A stretch of 64,000 nucleotides of DNA, from the NCBI GenBank assembly GCA_965261005.1, contig OZ253375.1, positions 800,001 through 864,000 of the forward strand, written 5' to 3'. The position numbers and the translations under genes are program-made. Positions 61,715 through 64,000 of the stretch are shown here, piece by piece. The first letter of the stretch is position 1. Every line of letters begins with the position of its first letter. The notes below the pieces were generated by a model. It had not been told where the DNA came from. It saw only the letters and a program-made list of their open reading frames with translations, and did not search any database. Origin of the DNA: Deinococcus sp. (GTDB lineage Bacteria > Deinococcota > Deinococci > Deinococcales > Deinococcaceae).

Positions 61715-63685
61715 TTGAACCTGATCTCGTTCGATTTATCTCCCTTGGGCGCCTTTGGGCAAGTGGCCTTGGTGCTGTCACTCGCCTTTGCGCTGTTCGG
61801 TGGCTACCTAGCTGTGCTGGGCGGCGCGCGTGGGGACGAGCGCCTCGGTGAGGGGGCGCGGCGGGCCGCCTGGGGGGTGTTTGGCTTCGCCACGCTGGCG
61901 ATCATCGCGCTGGAGGTCGCGCTGTTGCGCGACGACTTCAGCGTGCGCTACGTCGCCCAGCACTCCATGATCGCCTTGCCGCTGTGGGTCAAGGTGTCCG
62001 ACTTGTGGGCGGCACTGGAAGGCTCGATTCTGCTGTGGGCCTGGCTGCTCTCGCTGTACGCCTTCGTGCTGTCCCTGGTGATGAAGCGCGACGCGCTGCG
62101 GCCGTGGGTGCTGGCGGCCATGTTCTTTTCGCTGATCTTCTTTTTGGGCGTCAACGCCACGCTGGCGAGTCCCTTCACGCCGGTGCCCAGCCCGCCCCCA
62201 GACGGGGCCGGCCCCAACCCCGCCCTGCAAAACCACTGGATGATGGCGGTTCACCCGGTGCTGCTGTACTTCGGCTTCGTGGGCCTCTCGGTTCCCTTCG
62301 CCTACGCGGTCGGGGCGCTGGTGACAAAGCGGGTCGGCGCTCAGTGGGTCACGCAGACCCGGCGCTGGACCTTGGTCGCCTGGGCCTTTTTGACGGCGGC
62401 CATTGTGGCGGGCGGCTGGTGGAGCTACGAGACCCTCGGCTGGGGCGGTTACTGGGCCTGGGACCCGGTCGAGAACGCCTCCTTCGTCCCGTGGCTGCTG
62501 ACGACCGCCTTTTTGCACTCGATTCAGATTCAGGAAAGGCGCCGCATGCTGGCCGCTTGGAACGTCTGGCTGATCGTGGCGGCCTACGCCAGCACCATTC
62601 TGGGCACCTTTATCAACCGCTCGGGCATCGTGGAGAGCGTTCACGCCTTCGCCTCGGGGCCGGTCGGGCCGGTCTTCCTGGGCTTCTTCGCCGCGCTGCT
62701 GCTGCTGGGCGCCGGCCTCGCCGCGTGGCGGGCGCCCCTTCTGCGCGACGAGCACGCGATTGACAGCCCCGTGTCGCGCGAGGGGGCCTACCTGGCGGGC
62801 AACGTCGTCTTTCTCGCCTTTGCGGTGATGGTGGTGCTGGGCACGCTGTTCCCGGCCCTAATCGAGGCGCTGCGCGGCGCGCGGGTCAGCGTGGGACCGC
62901 CCTTTTTCAACACCTTCGCGGTGCCGCTGGGGCTGCTGCTGCTGTTCCTGATGGGCGTGGGGCCGCTGCTGCCGTGGCGCCGCGCGCCGGGGGAGAAGTT
63001 GCTGGGCGCCATGCGCTGGCCGGGATTGGCGTTTCTGATCTCGCTGGCGCTGACCTTTCTGTTCGGCGTGCGCTCGGTCGCGGTGCTGCTGACGGTCGCC
63101 CTGTGCGCCTACAACGTCGCCGGCCTGATGCAATTGACCGCCCGCGCGGCCAGGGCGCGCGGCAGCCTGTTGGCCTCGTGGCGTGAGCAGCCCCGGCGCG
63201 GCGGCGCCCACCTGGCCCACCTCGGCCTGGTCGTGGTGGCGCTGGGCCTGGCCTTTTCGGGCGCCTACAAGCGCGAGGCGCGCGTGACCCTCAATCTCGC
63301 GCAGGAGCAGACCGTGCTGGGCGAGCGGCTGCTGTTCGTCGGCGCGGGGCAACAGCAGTTCCCCGACAAGACCAGCTTCTACGCCCGCGTGTACCTGGAC
63401 GGCCGCGAGTATCGCCCGCACAACAACCTCTACCCCACCTCGCGCGACGCGCTGCCCACCCCCGCCGTGCGCTACGGCCTGCTGGGCGACACCTACCTGG
63501 TCGCCACCGCCTTTGACACCCAGGGCAAGTGGGTGGCGCTGCGCCTGATCGAGTCCCCGCTGGTGTCGTGGATTTGGGCCGGCACCCTGATCGTGGTGCT
63601 GGGCGCCGCCCTCACGCTGGCGAGTCCCGCCTCGGCCGCGCCGGCCGTGCGGGCCAGCCGCCGCCCAGTGGGCGCTGGCGATTAA
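61715..63685 (+). CDS. ccmF: Heme lyase CcmF
   Basis: [31 protein letters not shown]. Confidence 0.95.
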   Translation: MNLISFDLSPLGAFGQVALVLSLAFALFGGYLAVLGGARGDERLGEGARRAAWGVFGFATLAIIALEVALLRDDFSVRYVAQHSMIALPLWVKVSDLWAALEGSILLWAWLLSLYAFVLSLVMKRDALRPWVLAAMFFSLIFFLGVNATLASPFTPVPSPPPDGAGPNPALQNHWMMAVHPVLLYFGFVGLSVPFAYAVGALVTKRVGAQWVTQTRRWTLVAWAFLTAAIVAGGWWSYETLGWGGYWAWDPVENASFVPWLLTTAFLHSIQIQERRRMLAAWNVWLIVAAYASTILGTFINRSGIVESVHAFASGPVGPVFLGFFAALLLLGAGLAAWRAPLLRDEHAIDSPVSREGAYLAGNVVFLAFAVMVVLGTLFPALIEALRGARVSVGPPFFNTFAVPLGLLLLFLMGVGPLLPWRRAPGEKLLGAMRWPGLAFLISLALTFLFGVRSVAVLLTVALCAYNVAGLMQLTARAARARGSLLASWREQPRRGGAHLAHLGLVVVALGLAFSGAYKREARVTLNLAQEQTVLGERLLFVGAGQQQFPDKTSFYARVYLDGREYRPHNNLYPTSRDALPTPAVRYGLLGDTYLVATAFDTQGKWVALRLIESPLVSWIWAGTLIVVLGAALTLASPASAAPAVRASRRPVGAGD

Positions 63686-63699
63686 CGGAGAGACAAGAC

Positions 63700-64000
63700 A
63701 TGTCAGAGTCCCCCAACGTCCGCGCCGCCACGGGAACCCGTCCTGCAACGACGTGGCGCCGCTGGATTCCGCCCCTGCTGGCCGCCCTCTTGGTAGCCGT
63801 CCTGGCCGCCGCCCTGCTGCGCGGTGGCGGCGGCGACCCCGGCGGTCCCTTGGTCGGCAAGCCGGCCCCCGACTTTACCCTGACCACGCTCGACGGCGGC
63901 AGCGTCAAGCTCTCGGCGCTGCGCGGCCGGCCGGTGCTGCTCAACTTCTGGGCGTCGTGGTGTATCCCTTGCCGCGACGAGGCGCCTCTGCTGGCCGACT
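63700..64000 (+). CDS. ccmG: CcmG/TlpA thiol-disulfide oxidoreductase; 3' end runs off the window
   Basis: ATG 63700; TM segment; [17 protein letters not shown]. Confidence 0.85.
   Translation, partial: MSESPNVRAATGTRPATTWRRWIPPLLAALLVAVLAAALLRGGGGDPGGPLVGKPAPDFTLTTLDGGSVKLSALRGRPVLLNFWASWCIPCRDEAPLLAD

Overview
GC-rich bacterial chromosomal segment, almost certainly Deinococcota (Deinococcus-like). Evidence: a tmRNA tag starting GNQ, DdrH-like and Thermus-FadR-like proteins, an RDRM box at recG, many leaderless-type starts and SRE/SNR-type intergenic repeats. Most genes are housekeeping: dprA, ssrA, dnaB with a 420-aa LAGLIDADG intein, acs, moaA, dusA, recG, purN, ndk, an aspartate aminotransferase, an lptC/lptA-like trio, tatD, an amidase, an M16 peptidase pair and ccmCDEFG. 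Accessory genes include a G8/TMEM2-like lipoprotein, a GH9 cellulase, an S8 protease, a Mn-catalase, an APH(3')-like kinase and a DUF433/DUF5615 toxin-antitoxin pair. One low-GC lipoprotein gene has been hit by two different IS elements, and both target duplications can be read, so the gene can be rebuilt. The least explained structures are three ~140-bp non-coding elements with two different termini but one shared internal architecture. No CRISPR array, prophage, rRNA or tRNA was seen, and I found no clear new multi-gene system. All family calls come from motif recognition, not database searches.
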